From Basidiobolus meristosporus CBS 931.73 (lineage: Eukaryota; Fungi; Basidiobolomycota): 64,000 bases of DNA. Position numbers and translations under genes: made by a program. The notes below the pieces were generated by a model. The model was not told where the DNA came from and did no database searches. It worked only from the letters and a program-made list of their open reading frames with translations. The first letter of the stretch is position 1. The number at the start of each line of letters is the position of its first letter. The stretch covers positions 1 through 64,000 of the forward strand of contig MCFE01000454.1 of NCBI GenBank assembly GCA_002104905.1, in the 5' to 3' direction. Below are positions 1 through 11,916 of the stretch, one piece after another.

Positions 1-1120
1 AAAAAATGCCTACTGCTTCATTTCCCCTATGAAGATAATTTGATGCTGCTGGTGGATTCAATCTACACCAGCCATCAAGATCCCATCAGGAGACAATTAT
101 TTACACCAGCAGCTTGGAATTAACAACCATCTACATGATCTTATCACAGGATTACAACAGTGTTTGGCTAATTTTACTGCCAAATAAAGTTAAAAATATA
201 AAAGTGCTTTAGTGGTGTTTTGCAAAGGGTGGCATGGCATTGTTGCAGTCTTAGTGCACTCTGCAACTATTTGAGTAGATCTAACCTGCCAGTACATCCA
301 ATTGCCCTATTTGGCAAAAAGCTTGACAGTATTTTGATGGTCTCATTGCAAGCCTGTACTGGCATTATCATAGCAGTATGGCAGCTTACGGCTAGTTCTG
401 CATAGTGCTACTGTACAAATTTACCAAATGGTATTTCCTTTTTCTACCCCCTTGCGCAATTCATAAAATCCACTGTAATATTTGCTTACCCACTACTACC
501 TGTGTATTCTACATATAAATCAAATCTAAAAACTCTATGGCCTCCTGCTTGCCAACCTCTACAAGCATGCACACCTGCCACAATGCACTATAGAAATAAT
601 TTGGTCACACAGGTGGATCTAATCTAGATCAGCTGTCAAAATCCTGTCAGGAGACTGCTCTATTGTCAGCAGCTTGGAATTAATGACCAACTATATGATC
701 TTGTGATGCAATCACCATGCCATTTTGCTAATTTTATAGCCAAATAAAGTCAATAAAATATAACAGTGTTTGTTCATTGTCTTGCCAACAGTGGCATGGC
801 ATGGCTACAGTCTTAGTGCACTTAGCAACTATTTGAGTGGATCCAACCAGCCAATACACCCAATTGCCTTATATGGCAAAAAGCATGTTGCTGTTTTGAT
901 GGCCTCTTTGTGAGGCTCTGATGGCATTATCATGGCAGTATGGCAGCCTACAGCTAGTTCTGTACAATGCTACTGTGCCACTTTACCAAATGATATTTCC
1001 TTTTTCTACCTCCCCTTGCGCAATTCATATATTCCACTGTAGAGTTGCCCCTCTTTATTTGCTTACCCACTGCTACCTTGCGTACTCCACATATAGTTTG
1101 AATTGAAATACACTATGGCC
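1..1120 (-). repeat. Two tandem, diverged copies (~575-590 bp period) of the segment lying 3' of the CACTA-like transposase
   Basis: 1-~590 and ~590-1120 align with each other and with 5718-6260, and as reverse complement with ~17960-18348 (shared anchors such as cagcagcttggaatta, ccaaataaagt, ctatggcc). In the other copies this segment directly follows the transposase C-terminus. Confidence 0.8.
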
Positions 1121-2308
1121 TGTTACAAGTCTTGGAATAAGAGTTGTAGAGGATTAGGGAGTTTTGCTAGTATTGTATTCATCAAAACTTGAACTGATTA
1201 TGATTGAGGTTCCAGCAGCTCCATATACACATTTTGCCAGATCAATTGCTGACTAATTGTATTTCCAAATGTAGGCTGTGGCTAATGACTCATTTGATTG
1301 CATCATCATCACCCAATAAGGTCCTACTCAATATATCTTCTCCCATACTCCAGTTGAGAGTGTTCTCCTGAATCTCCTCTCTTGTTATACCAATATCCTG
1401 ATGGTTCAGTATTGTCAGCAAGTCTTGCAAGATTGAATCTGTCTCTATAAACTAAGTCTTCCCAGATATTACCTTTTTTGACTACTAGTTGGTAAGTTGC
1501 AAATGGGCATTTTCTGATGATCTTGAGAGGTCCTGTCCATTGTGGTTCAAACTTCTTGCATGTGATGATTCTCACCAATACAAAGTTCCCAACTGTCAAC
1601 ACCTCTGGTGATTTAGTCTTCTCAAATCTCTGCTTCACTTTTTCTGCACTCTGAGATACTTTAGCCTGTGCCTCTTGATGACTTTGTTCTAGTTACTGGT
1701 ATCTACTTGGCTGACTGAGTTCATCTTCTAAGGCATCTGTAAGCCTTAGTAGTGTGTCATCTCCTGAAATCCTTGGTTCACATCCATACACTGAGTAAAA
1801 TGACAATTGGTTGATTTAGCAGTGTGGGCATGTTTTCACCAGCTTCTGAATATCTTGTTTCATTTTGGGCCACCATGCTCTGGCTTTCATAAGGCTATGG
1901 GTTCCTTCAATTCCAAGATGCCCATATCCACTGCATAGCTTATTCATTATATCTAGTTGTGCAGCATAAGTGCAATAGGCAAAAAGGCTTCCATCAACCA
2001 TTTGGCTGAGTGTTTCATCCTGTACTACAGATTTGCTGGCTTCATACTGGACTATCTTTTTGATCTCTTCATCCACCTTATTAGGAATGGATTGGTCCCC
2101 AAGTACATTAGTGATAGGCTAGGTCAATCTGATTGATAAATCAAGTTGAGTTGGGCAACTTGTTCTAGTCTTGATAAAGCATCAGTAACCATGTTGTTTT
2201 TCCCAGGGCAGTAGACAATCTCCAAGTCAAATTGCTGAATGTATTCACTCCATCTTGTCATTCTTCAGGATAGAACCTTGTGAGTAAACATATAATTGAG
2301 TGTGGTAT

Positions 2309-3381
2309 TGTAGTGGGGTCACAGTGACACCTACTGACAGACATTCTCAATCCCATATATTCAACTTGCTTACTTTTCTACTACCCTTGTATCATTTTTA
2401 TCCTATTTGTCTTACTTGATCAGTAATTTCCCATAAGCTGGCCAACTATCACACCTGCTTGTGTTATTGCCTTAGTTATCCCTCACTTTATGTAAGATCA
2501 CTTGATGTAAGTGCCTCTATATTAGGCAAGTACCCATGCCTGTACCTGTAGCACATGACCAAACTGTGACACCATCCCTACCATTTTCACCCCATATATG
2601 GTACCCTAATGTAACACAGGTTTCAGAATATTAATCCCTGATTGGTTGGGTTTGCTGTGCTGTTTAGAACCTTCTGGCACCTACATAGAACATTCTTAGC
2701 TCATTCTGAGGTCATTAAGTTTCTATCTTGACCACCAGAACTTTCTGGAACACCATGATTAGTACTCACTTTGCCAGTGAGAAAAGTATATAAGGAGGGG
2801 CAATCCCTTAACAATACATCATCATCCCTTTTATCACTATACCAACTTGTTAATTGGTGTGATTACTGCTGCCTACTGCTACCTGAACTTCCACCTGCAG
2901 ATCACAGGACACTCCCTGGTAACCACACTGACAGCCAACTGACCATGGAGGCACTACCTGTGAGGAATACCTACAGTAGGTATCTTTTATTATATTTGAT
3001 TTTTTCCCAAGTTTGTTCTTGTACAGGCAAAGATGCTTTTCTGTCTTTGTGACTATTGACCACAGCTGTATTCTTATCAAGTCCTTGCTGGTGGAGTGTA
3101 GAGTTGTTTTGACTTTAGAAGCCTTAGTACATTGTCATCTCAAAGGATGCTGAGCCCAGCACATACTTTTGTTAAGAAACCAACTGAGTTGGGGATTGTA
3201 GCTCAATAGCTTTCCCTTGACAAGCTTGTGGCTCTATTGCTCTTCACATTAGATTAGAGACAGAACTCAAGTATTCCTAGCAAACTTTTGCCAGAGGTTA
3301 TTGCACCCCGTGAGCACCCCACACACAAAACACTTGAGCAGTGTTCAGTTTATCACTCCCTTGAATTTATATACCACCACA
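2309..3381. mobile_element. ~1.07-kb non-coding LTR-like insertion inside the Gypsy pol
   Basis: Interrupts pol between the RT connection and the RNaseH end. Starts TGTAGTGG and ends CCACCACA (imperfect TG...CA inverted ends). Contains TATATAA at ~2787. No TSD seen. Confidence 0.5.
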
Positions 3382-4100
3382 GCATCTGAAAGGCAGTCTT
3401 ACAGGCTATGTCCCAATTCATGGTGTTGACTTTGTTGAGAATATCTGTTAAAGGGGTGCAATACTTGCAAAGCACTTGACAAATCCCTCATAATAGGAAA
3501 CTATTCCAATGAATGATCTGAGTTTTGATATGCTATGGGACTGCTTCAGATTCTTGATGACCTCAATCTTCTTGGGGTTTAAGGTCACTCCTGTGCTGGT
3601 CTCTATGTCTCCCATATATTCAAAATGTTTTCTCAAGAATTCACATTTTGCTAGCTTGCTGTACAGCTTATTGTCTCTTTGCTTCTTCAAGACCTTTTCA
3701 ATGTGCACCTAGTGTTTCTCTTCTGTCTTGCTGTATATCAACATGTTATCTAGGTAGATTAGCACAAACCTGTCTAAGTATTCCTGGATGACAGTTTGCA
3801 TCAAGGTCATGAATGTTGCCAGGGCATTGGTAAGGCCAAAACTCATGACTAAGTACTTGTAATGTCCATATATGGTCCTGAATGCTGTTTTAGGGATGTC
3901 TTCTGGTTTCACTCTAATCTGGTTGTATGCTGATATGAGGTCAGTCTTGCTGAATATGATAGCTCCATTAAGTTGGTCCAAAAGCTCATCAATCCAAGGT
4001 ATGGGGTACTTATTCTTCATGGTAACTGAGTTGAGGGCTCTGTATTCAATGCATATCCCAAGTGTTCCATCCTTCTTTTTCATAAAAAGTACTTGTGCTC
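3382..4100 (-). pseudogene. Gypsy reverse transcriptase, disrupted
   Basis: ORFs 3709-4083 and 3448-3708 are in one frame, separated by stops. The frame continues to WDIACKTAFQML at ~3382. The catalytic motif reads YLDN. Confidence 0.92.
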
Positions 4101-7100
4101 CCTAAGGTGACTTGCTGGATCTGATATATCCTTGCTTCAATAGCTGATACATTTGTCTCTTCATCTCTTCTAACTCCAGTGGACTCACTATGTAAGGTGT
4201 CTTACTCACTGAGGGGGCTATCTCATATGTCAATGGCATGATCCACCTTTCTGACTAGGGGTAGGCTTACAAATTCATCTGGAAACACGGCTCAATATTC
4301 CTTCAAAACAGTCTGGACCTTCTGGGATGCTGTAGTGTAGGAATCCACCTGTAATACCACCATGAGGAACATCTGGGTACATTCTCTGAGTGCTGTACAG
4401 AATGTGTCTTGCTAAGCTCACTTGTTTCACACATATTGGAATTGATCAGGTTGAAATCTAGTCTGGCAGGTATTAGCTCATAAGTCTTGTTGTCCTTCAG
4501 GTTCTGAGTAGCATGGGTTCTCCAGTTAACTGATGAATTACAACAAAATAGCCAGGTTTTTCCAAGTGCAATGTCAAATTTGCAGGTCCCAAATATATTG
4601 ACTTGTAGGCCTTCTTCATAGTCCTTGATCTTCATTCTTACTGACTGAGTAATATGGCTTATTATGCAAGAGTTCCCATCTGCTGTCAAGACTGAAGTTC
4701 ATTTGGTGGGTTCCAAATTGATTCCAGCTTTCAAGGCTGATTGCTCTGACATTTACTTGTGGAATACTCCTCAGTTAATCATGATCTTAGCAGGTACTCA
4801 ATTTGTTACTTCATTCAAGTTAAATAGCTTTCCTGAGTTTGAAGTCATTTGGGATAGGTATTCTTCCATCATATGGAATGTGAGTTCTGAGCTTTCTCCA
4901 AGATCATCCTCTGTATTACTATGCTCAAGGGCTTCAATATAGCTGAGGGTTCTTGATGGCCGGTGTCCATTTCTTCTCTGAGGGCAGTACTTTTCAATAT
5001 GTTCTTTCTGGTGGTAATTAAACAAAGTCCTTTCTTCCTACATCCTTCTGAGGTAGTATTCTACTGTATAGCATCTATTTCCATTGGCACTGCTTCTAAT
5101 TGTCTTCTTTCATAGGGATTGTAGCCTCTCTGATTAGTCATTGTGGGCTGTCCAGCTGCAAACATAGCTGAGCCATAGTCAATGGCAATATTGATGGCTT
5201 CTTTAATAGTCTGATGTGTCAAGGAACTCACTTCCTTACAAGTTCTTTCCTTCAACCTGCAAATAAAGTATTCAACTTGGTCTAGGGGGTTTATTTGTTT
5301 GATTTATCCACATAGACACCTATATTCATAGATGTACTATTAAACCAATCCTGTCTGTCTCATTTTCTTGAACATCCTTCTTAGTAGTGTCTGCTGGCAT
5401 GGGAGTTCAAGAGTATCCTGAATTTCCAACACAAACTCATCCCAGGTAGAGATTGTAGAGCATCCTGTTATAGTGGCTGACCTGATCTTGCTACGGTACC
5501 ACTGTAAAGCTGCATAATGTAACTTGCTTTCTAGGGCAACTCCCTTAGGCTTAAAAGCTTCTTCAATCAGTAAGAGTCAAGTTCCCAGGTTTTGATTGGC
5601 TCTACCATAATACAAGTTGACCTTCACACTAAAGTGGTTTTGCTTTCTCTGGGCCATGGTAGTCATTCATTGTTGCTGCTGGCTTAGGATCTAGAGTAAC
5701 TGTTGCTGCTGGGCCAGGATTTCCCTATGCAAAATAATTTGGTCCCATAGGTGGATCTGATCCTAATCAGCTGTCAGGATCCCATTAAGAGACTGTCACA
5801 ATACCAGCAGCCTAGAATTAGTGACCCTTTTAACAATTGTATGACAGATAATAACAGCTTTTTGCTAGTTTTACTACCAAATAAAGTGATAAAACTTGAC
5901 AAGATTAGGTTGTTGCTGTGACAATAATTGCATGGTATTGTTGCGGTCTTATTGCACTCTACCACTATTGTGAATGGATCCAACTGACCAGGACATCTAA
6001 TTGCCTTATATGGCCAGAAACTTGATGGTATTTCAGCAAGCTCATAGTCAGACTCTGATGGCATTATACTGGCAGTGTGGTGGCCTACAGCTGGTTCTGT
6101 ATAGTGCTGTCATACCAATTTACCAAGTGGTATTTCCTTTTTCTACCTTCTCTTGGGTAATTCATATATTCCACTGTGGAATCACCCCTCTGTATTTGCT
6201 TGACCATTGCTACCTTGGGTATGCCACATGTAGTTTGAATCAATAAAGACTATGGCCTCCTGTTTACTAACCTCTACAAATGTGCACACCTGCCATAATT
6301 GACATACTTCTATCACCTCAACTAAACAGCTTTTTAGTGTAATACTTGCAAAGTTGCCATATACCTTTTACTGCTGGCAGCATATAGGTGTTGCAAATAT
6401 ATGCTTGGTTGTTGCCACTTCTGCCACAAATACCTCCTGAAAATTGGCAAAGAACTTCTTGGTATTTAGCCAATATATTCCTTCTCCCTGCTGGACTCTA
6501 GTCCCCCTTCTAGGAGTGCTCTGGCTCCTATCTGTGTGAATTCCATACTGAATGATGTAGAAGTTGGCTTGTGATCAAGAGAAACATGGCACACCTTGGT
6601 AGAGTTTTCCTAGTAAATATTAGTTGCTTGTTGCACCCAACCCAACTTTGCATTACTTAACAGATTACCCAAGCATTGGGGCTGCTTAGCTTCTTAATGC
6701 CATAGACATAGGTGTCTTCATGTGTACATTTAATCTCAGTATTTTCCAACTCTTCCTGGCTGTCCTGCATGTGCCAACACATTACATCCATGATGGACTT
6801 GAAGGTAATATTCTTGATGAAATTGGGGTATAATAGTACCTGCAACTTGACTTGTCTTCCTATCCCCCATGCATCTGCTCCATAGGAAACTCCCAAAGGG
6901 TGAAGCAAGGCCAATATTCTCCACACACTGTGCAAGTTGGAGTAGAGAATGGATACAGTAGCAGCAAAGATCTACATGTTCAGCTTATGTTTGTAGTATA
7001 GCTGCTCAAATCCCATCACAAACTCCTTGCACAACTGCTGTAAATAGACTAGTTCTGTTGGATAGTGTCACATAGTGCCAGCCTGTTTATGGTGCCAGAT

Positions 7101-7189
7101 TGATCTGGCACTCTACAGCACTATCTGGCACTATAATTTCTACCATGATGCCAGTGGTATGATACAGATACTGGTAATTTTACTCAATC

Positions 7190-8086
7190 TTACTTTTGTT
7201 GCTCAGAATAGTGCTTTCCTTGGTTTGTTTGCTCTTCATAATGCTCCAGACACATTTCTCTCAGTGGATGTTTTCTTGTAAGAACATACTGTGCATTAAT
7301 AAGTATGTTAACTATTTTACCTATTTGGCTGTTTTCTCCTATATATGACTTTCCTCTGTATTTACCTGCCAATATGCTGAATCTCTTCAGATATCCAAAT
7401 GTGTGCTCTACCCTCACTCTGAAATGATTAAATATCTCATTGTAGAGCTTCTGCTTCCTGCTAAGCACACCATTCCTTGGCTTCCTATAAGCTGGAATAC
7501 ATCCTAATCTCTGACAATCCTCTCCTATATAAGCTAAGTCTGCCATACATTTCTCCCCTCTACTGAGTTCTGGATGATTCTCTACCCAGGGTGCTTTGTC
7601 ATGCCTACTTCCAGCAAATGGCCCACTAAATCAGATGATGTTACCCTCAATGTCAGGCAGTGCTTGAAACTTCACATAGTGTGCCTTGTACTTGCCAGAA
7701 TAAAAGTGCCACTGCCCTCTAGAAGGTCTGTTAATCCTCACTGGGAAGGTATCCAAAATACTCCTGATATGGAACCTGTTGCTGAACACTCTGGGATATG
7801 GAAGTCTATTGGAGCTTCTGAACCTAGTATTCCAAGCTTGCTCTAAGTTATTCATACCCTCTGCAAGGTGGCTCTCCATTGCTGTCAGCTGGGAATGAAA
7901 GCTTCTAGGACTTTTGTTGCCATGGATGGTGGGATGAAACCTTGTAGGGCAATAGTTCTTGTAATAGCAGAGAAGCTTAACAAGGGATCTCTTTGAGTAG
8001 ATTGGGGTTCATGGTCCACAGTACTTGATATATATCTCCTCTAGTGTGTCAAAAGGAAATCCAGTGTTAGTGATGTATCCCATCAT
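7190..8086 (-). pseudogene. DDE_Tnp_4-type (PIF/Harbinger/IS5-like) transposase, ~298 aa, with two in-frame TGA stops
   Basis: One continuous frame: ILDTFPVRINRP..FYSGKYKAHYVKFQ..SGPFAGSRHD..MADLAYIG..KP..RVRVEHTFGYLKRFSILAGKYR. Only two stops (TGA at 8009-8011 and 7631-7633), both explicable as CGA>TGA. Confidence 0.88.
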
Positions 8087-8417
8087 TATGTTGCAAAAAT
8101 CATCCGCAAACAATGCCTTGGTACTTTTATTGATGCTTTAATCATAGGTCTATAATCAAATAGGAAATCTGCAATTGATGTGATCTGATCCGTGTCAATG
8201 TGATCCAAGATGCATCATGTATAATATATGGAAAATTCAACAATCACATTAGTTTTCATATAAATTTCATATAAGACCAGGTTGATGCCAATATACTGCT
8301 GCATAAGTATCCAAATCCAATGCTATGGTCCCCATACCAAGCCTCAACTCATCTTTAGTACAACCCAGACAAAACCCATCCCCCAGCTCACAAGCGCGGT
8401 CTGGACCGGAAAAGTCA

Positions 8418-9585
8418 ATGTTGGATCCATTTGAGTTCTTGCCAAATGATTTTAGTATGGCCCAAGTGTCTGTGATGAGCCTTCATACAGATATTTGGGC
8501 ACTACTGATTAATCTAGCAGAACTAGATACCTCACAGAGTTGACAAAGATGGAAGAATTTGAGTAGAAAGCTGTGGTATGAGTTCTACATCAAGATGCCA
8601 GCCAATGTATGTAAGAAGATATATAACAAGACAAGTATTGAAATCAAGAAGGAGCTGAGAGTGAGGGGATTTGACAAAGAAGCCATGCAGGAACAATTTT
8701 GCACGTAATTTGCACAATATGGGCTGGATGCATCTGTTTGTGCCTCAACTTTGGGAACCAAAGAGATCTTGAATGAGTTTTTGCCTCAAATGACTAATGT
8801 ACTACATGATATATTAGTAGAGCTAAGTGGCTTCCAAGAGCAATATACACAGGACTCATCCAGGCAACAGCTCCAAAGTATCAGACAGAGGGTAAGAGAA
8901 TACCTTGAGGAATCAGATGGTGAGCTTCAGGAGGAAGAATTCAGACCGCAAGCAACATTGCCCAGATTGCGCCAGCATGCCTTGCTGGATTCCCTACCAT
9001 CTCTTACAGCCACAGTGTGCTGGCGCATGTCAGTCCAGACCACGCCAACACCCTTTACCAGAACGCCGCACATCAAGTCAACGCACATTGAGTCAACGCA
9101 CATTGACCCAACACACGCTTCAGAGCAAAACTACAAGAACTTGCCAAACTGCTCATTTAGATACAAGTTCATTGGAGCAGACTGAGTTGCGTCAACATGC
9201 AGCATCACATCAAACTCAGCCAAGGGCCATCTCAACGTGTCAAGGCGCACCTGCGTGTGCCATTTTGCCTGATCATCAGCAAGTTACTTCTGGTGAACTG
9301 ACTGATGATGACCAACATGAAGTGCCTCAACCACTGGAGCCCTTGGCAAGTAAAAGAACGCGTCATTGTGTGGCACTACAGGCTGGTTCAGTTGGTTCAG
9401 TTGGAGCAATTCAGCGTGGCCAAGCTGCAGCATTGCACTCATCAACTAGGAGGCAAAATACTGACTACAAATACACAAGTAGCCAAGATGATAGTCAGCC
9501 AGGAAGTAGTATAGGTGTGCAAAGTGAGTCACTACCAAATGCTTCAGTAGTAATCCCTGTGAGAAAAAAACCCAGGAGAAGATGA
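8418..9585 (+). pseudogene. Second ORF of the PHIS element (~390 aa): F-box-like N-terminus, SAP-like motif, C-terminal basic NLS-like tail
   Basis: Frame from ATG 8418 (MLDPFEFLPNDF...S*QRWKNLSRKLWYEFY...EIKKELRVRGFD) continues into ORF 8751-9185 through two stops. It then shifts to the 8905-9585 frame, which ends VRKKPRRR. Confidence 0.6.
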
Positions 9586-11916
9586 TGCAATTGCTTTGAA
9601 TTGCTCAGATTTGTAATGATCCTGACAACCATTTTTTTTGCAATTCAAATCAAGCCATCACATATCAGTGATCATCAAATTTTTGATATAACTAATATCA
9701 AGGTTGTCTCACATTTGAGACAGAACCTCTATAAATAAACACCCTGCATATATATATGTCATCTGTAATACCAGTGCAGCTATTGGATCTGTTTTGCACC
9801 TACACAATTGCTTGCTTGCTAGCTATGTCACCTTGTCCAATCACTAGGATCAGGGACTTACTTGCACAATGGGCAAAATGGGATATTTGATAGCAAATCA
9901 GGTAGCTTTTTTAGTAGTCTATGAGCCAATTGGGGGCTGCCAGCTTCAGGATACTTTTGGACCAATTAACCACTGAGATACCATCCAATTGGAGTGAGGG
10001 TAACCAAAATGGTAAGTATCAGTGTAGTTTATAGTGTGATACACATTTATTTCCATTTACATTAAAGAAACATATCCAAATACCAAATTTTACCTGCCAT
10101 AATATTGGTATCCAATTGCGCACGTGATGCAAACACTACAAGTTGGCGCAATCATCTGTGCCAACCTCATTGTGTCAGATTGTGACATAGTGTGCAAGAT
10201 TGTCCTGCATAGTGCAAAATTGTCCAAGAATGATCCTGCCTTCTTGTAGCTATAATATTGCACCCAATTGTTCTTTATGACCGCTGATTGCGCCGCGCAC
10301 CCTGGCACAGTACAATGGAACAAGTCTAATGCATTAAGTTGGCATTGATGATCTGCGTCTGGATAAATATTCCTACAATGTCCACAGATGACTCCTGGTG
10401 CTTCCAATGTATTGTAAGTAGAAATGGCTTCAGAACACCACTTGAATAAATTCATATCCAGCTTATCCAGTCTGGGCATTTGTATTGTTGCATATGCATA
10501 TGAATATTGATTGGAGCCTGTGAAAAGTACATAGGGTAGTGGATTCTCTGTAATATCTTGCCAGTTCTTTCAAACTTCTCTGGTATCACAAATGGCTCAT
10601 TTAGCTTGAAATGCTCCATGCACATCTTAGTCATCAGTGTAGGGATATTGCTGAAAGGCAAATGCATTACTCCAGCATACCCTTAATCTTAAGTATCTGC
10701 AGCTTCTGATTGATTCCATATTCTGGCTAATGGGTTATAGCTTGCCAACTTTGCCGCAATTGCATGCTGACTTCTTTATATTCTCTCTGTGGAAGGATGA
10801 TGTTCTTAGTGCTAGTGTTTGGGTTATAATAATGTGTGTGAGTTATGCAGTAAGTCCCCTGGATCTCACTCATTTGACAGCAATACCATCCATTGTGCCT
10901 AGAAAAACCTGCTATTTTGCTGATGGCCGGGGTATCTCCAATGCAGATTATAATATGCGCTTTACATGATGGCCATTTACTGTTATCCTGCTGGAAAGCA
11001 TTCAAAATTCATCCTGCAATGGACACAGGTAGCTATCCAGGTTGGACAGTCATTTGGGCCCAGATACTAGTGAGACTACCATCAGATTATTGCTCTGATA
11101 CCATAAGATAGGTGGCAGATTCAGATTGATGAGAATCAGTGGCCAGTAGGATTTGCTGGAAGGGTACTTGTTTAATGAGAATCCATCAAGTGCTAAAGCA
11201 AAGGCATGGTCATACATACCCTCAAAGTAGCCCTTGCTTCTTAGCTGTTTGTAATGTTTGCCATTGTATATATATATATATAATGTCTCATTGCATATAG
11301 GAATTTGACCAGGCTCATATGTGTTATTGTTGTTACGGGAGATAGGCTCAGAATCTATCAGTGAGCCCTCTTTATCAGAGCTATCACTCTCCATGCCATA
11401 TACTGAAGGCTGAGGTGAGCCTAAAGGTGTCACAAACTCACCTGACTCAGTTTGTGCAAGGTGGCAAAGACAGCTATGTGCTAATATAGAAGTATCAACT
11501 GGCTGGCAAAATAATGTTGCTACAGACGTGACCAATGAATGGTCAAATATGACTTGGGTAGCAAAACACTGGCTGTGATCCTTGTAATACTCCCTATGCT
11601 CTCTGAGTGTTTCATGGCTGAGAGGCTTGCTGCAATAGCCACATGGTATTTTTTCTCTTCTCTTATAGTGTTGAGTCAAAGTAGTCTTGTCCATGGGGCA
11701 AACAGTTTGACCTTCAACAACATAACACTATTATATCACTTTTTGGTCAATACTCATGTGAACTAAAGACAGTCTTGTATTTGAGACATTGCACCTACAT
11801 GAATGTAAGATTCAAAGATGACCTGCCATAGTAAGCATTATAAATAAAGTTGTGGCACCACATACATACATATATGTAACACTATTTCCCCTTTGGTTTG
11901 ACTCACTTCCATATAT

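Larger units (their letters stand above)
1121..5717 (-). mobile_element. Degenerate Ty3/Gypsy LTR retrotransposon (gag-protease-RT-RNaseH-integrase order), 5' LTR missing
   Basis: Minus-strand fragments in Gypsy order: gag from ~5666 (KVNLYYG..., WDEFV, VPMEID, eroded CCHC knuckle ~5020); protease region ~4300-4780; RT 3709-4083 (KKKDG..., KYPIP, FGLTNA, YLDN = mutated YxDD); RNaseH end ~2170-2300 (WSEYIQQFDLEIVYCPGKNN..DALSR); integrase Zn motif 1816-2076 (GHLG..WWPKM..CPHC) and C-terminus 1324-1638. Left border starts TGTTACA at 1121. Confidence 0.93.
7046..10327. mobile_element. Full-length PIF/Harbinger-superfamily (PHIS) DNA transposon, 3282 bp, with TIRs and 3-bp AAT TSD
   Basis: Left end AGACTAGTTCTGTTGGATAGTGTCAC (7046) follows AAT (7043-45). 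Right end GGCACAGTACAATGGAACAAGTCT (to 10327) is followed by AAT (10328-30). Removing it rejoins the CACTA transposase as seen in the uninterrupted copies. Contains a DDE_Tnp_4-type ORF and a divergent second ORF. Confidence 0.88.

Noticed and set aside
590-6260. The ~575-bp direct repeats flanking the Gypsy internal region as its LTRs
   Set aside because: They lack TG...CA ends, are strongly diverged from each other, and are contiguous with the CACTA transposase in two copies. The real LTR edge appears to be TGTTACA at 1121.
10090-10479. 129-aa Cys-rich ORF
   Set aside because: Chance chimera: an off-frame reading of the CACTA transposase running across the PHIS TIR into subterminal DNA.
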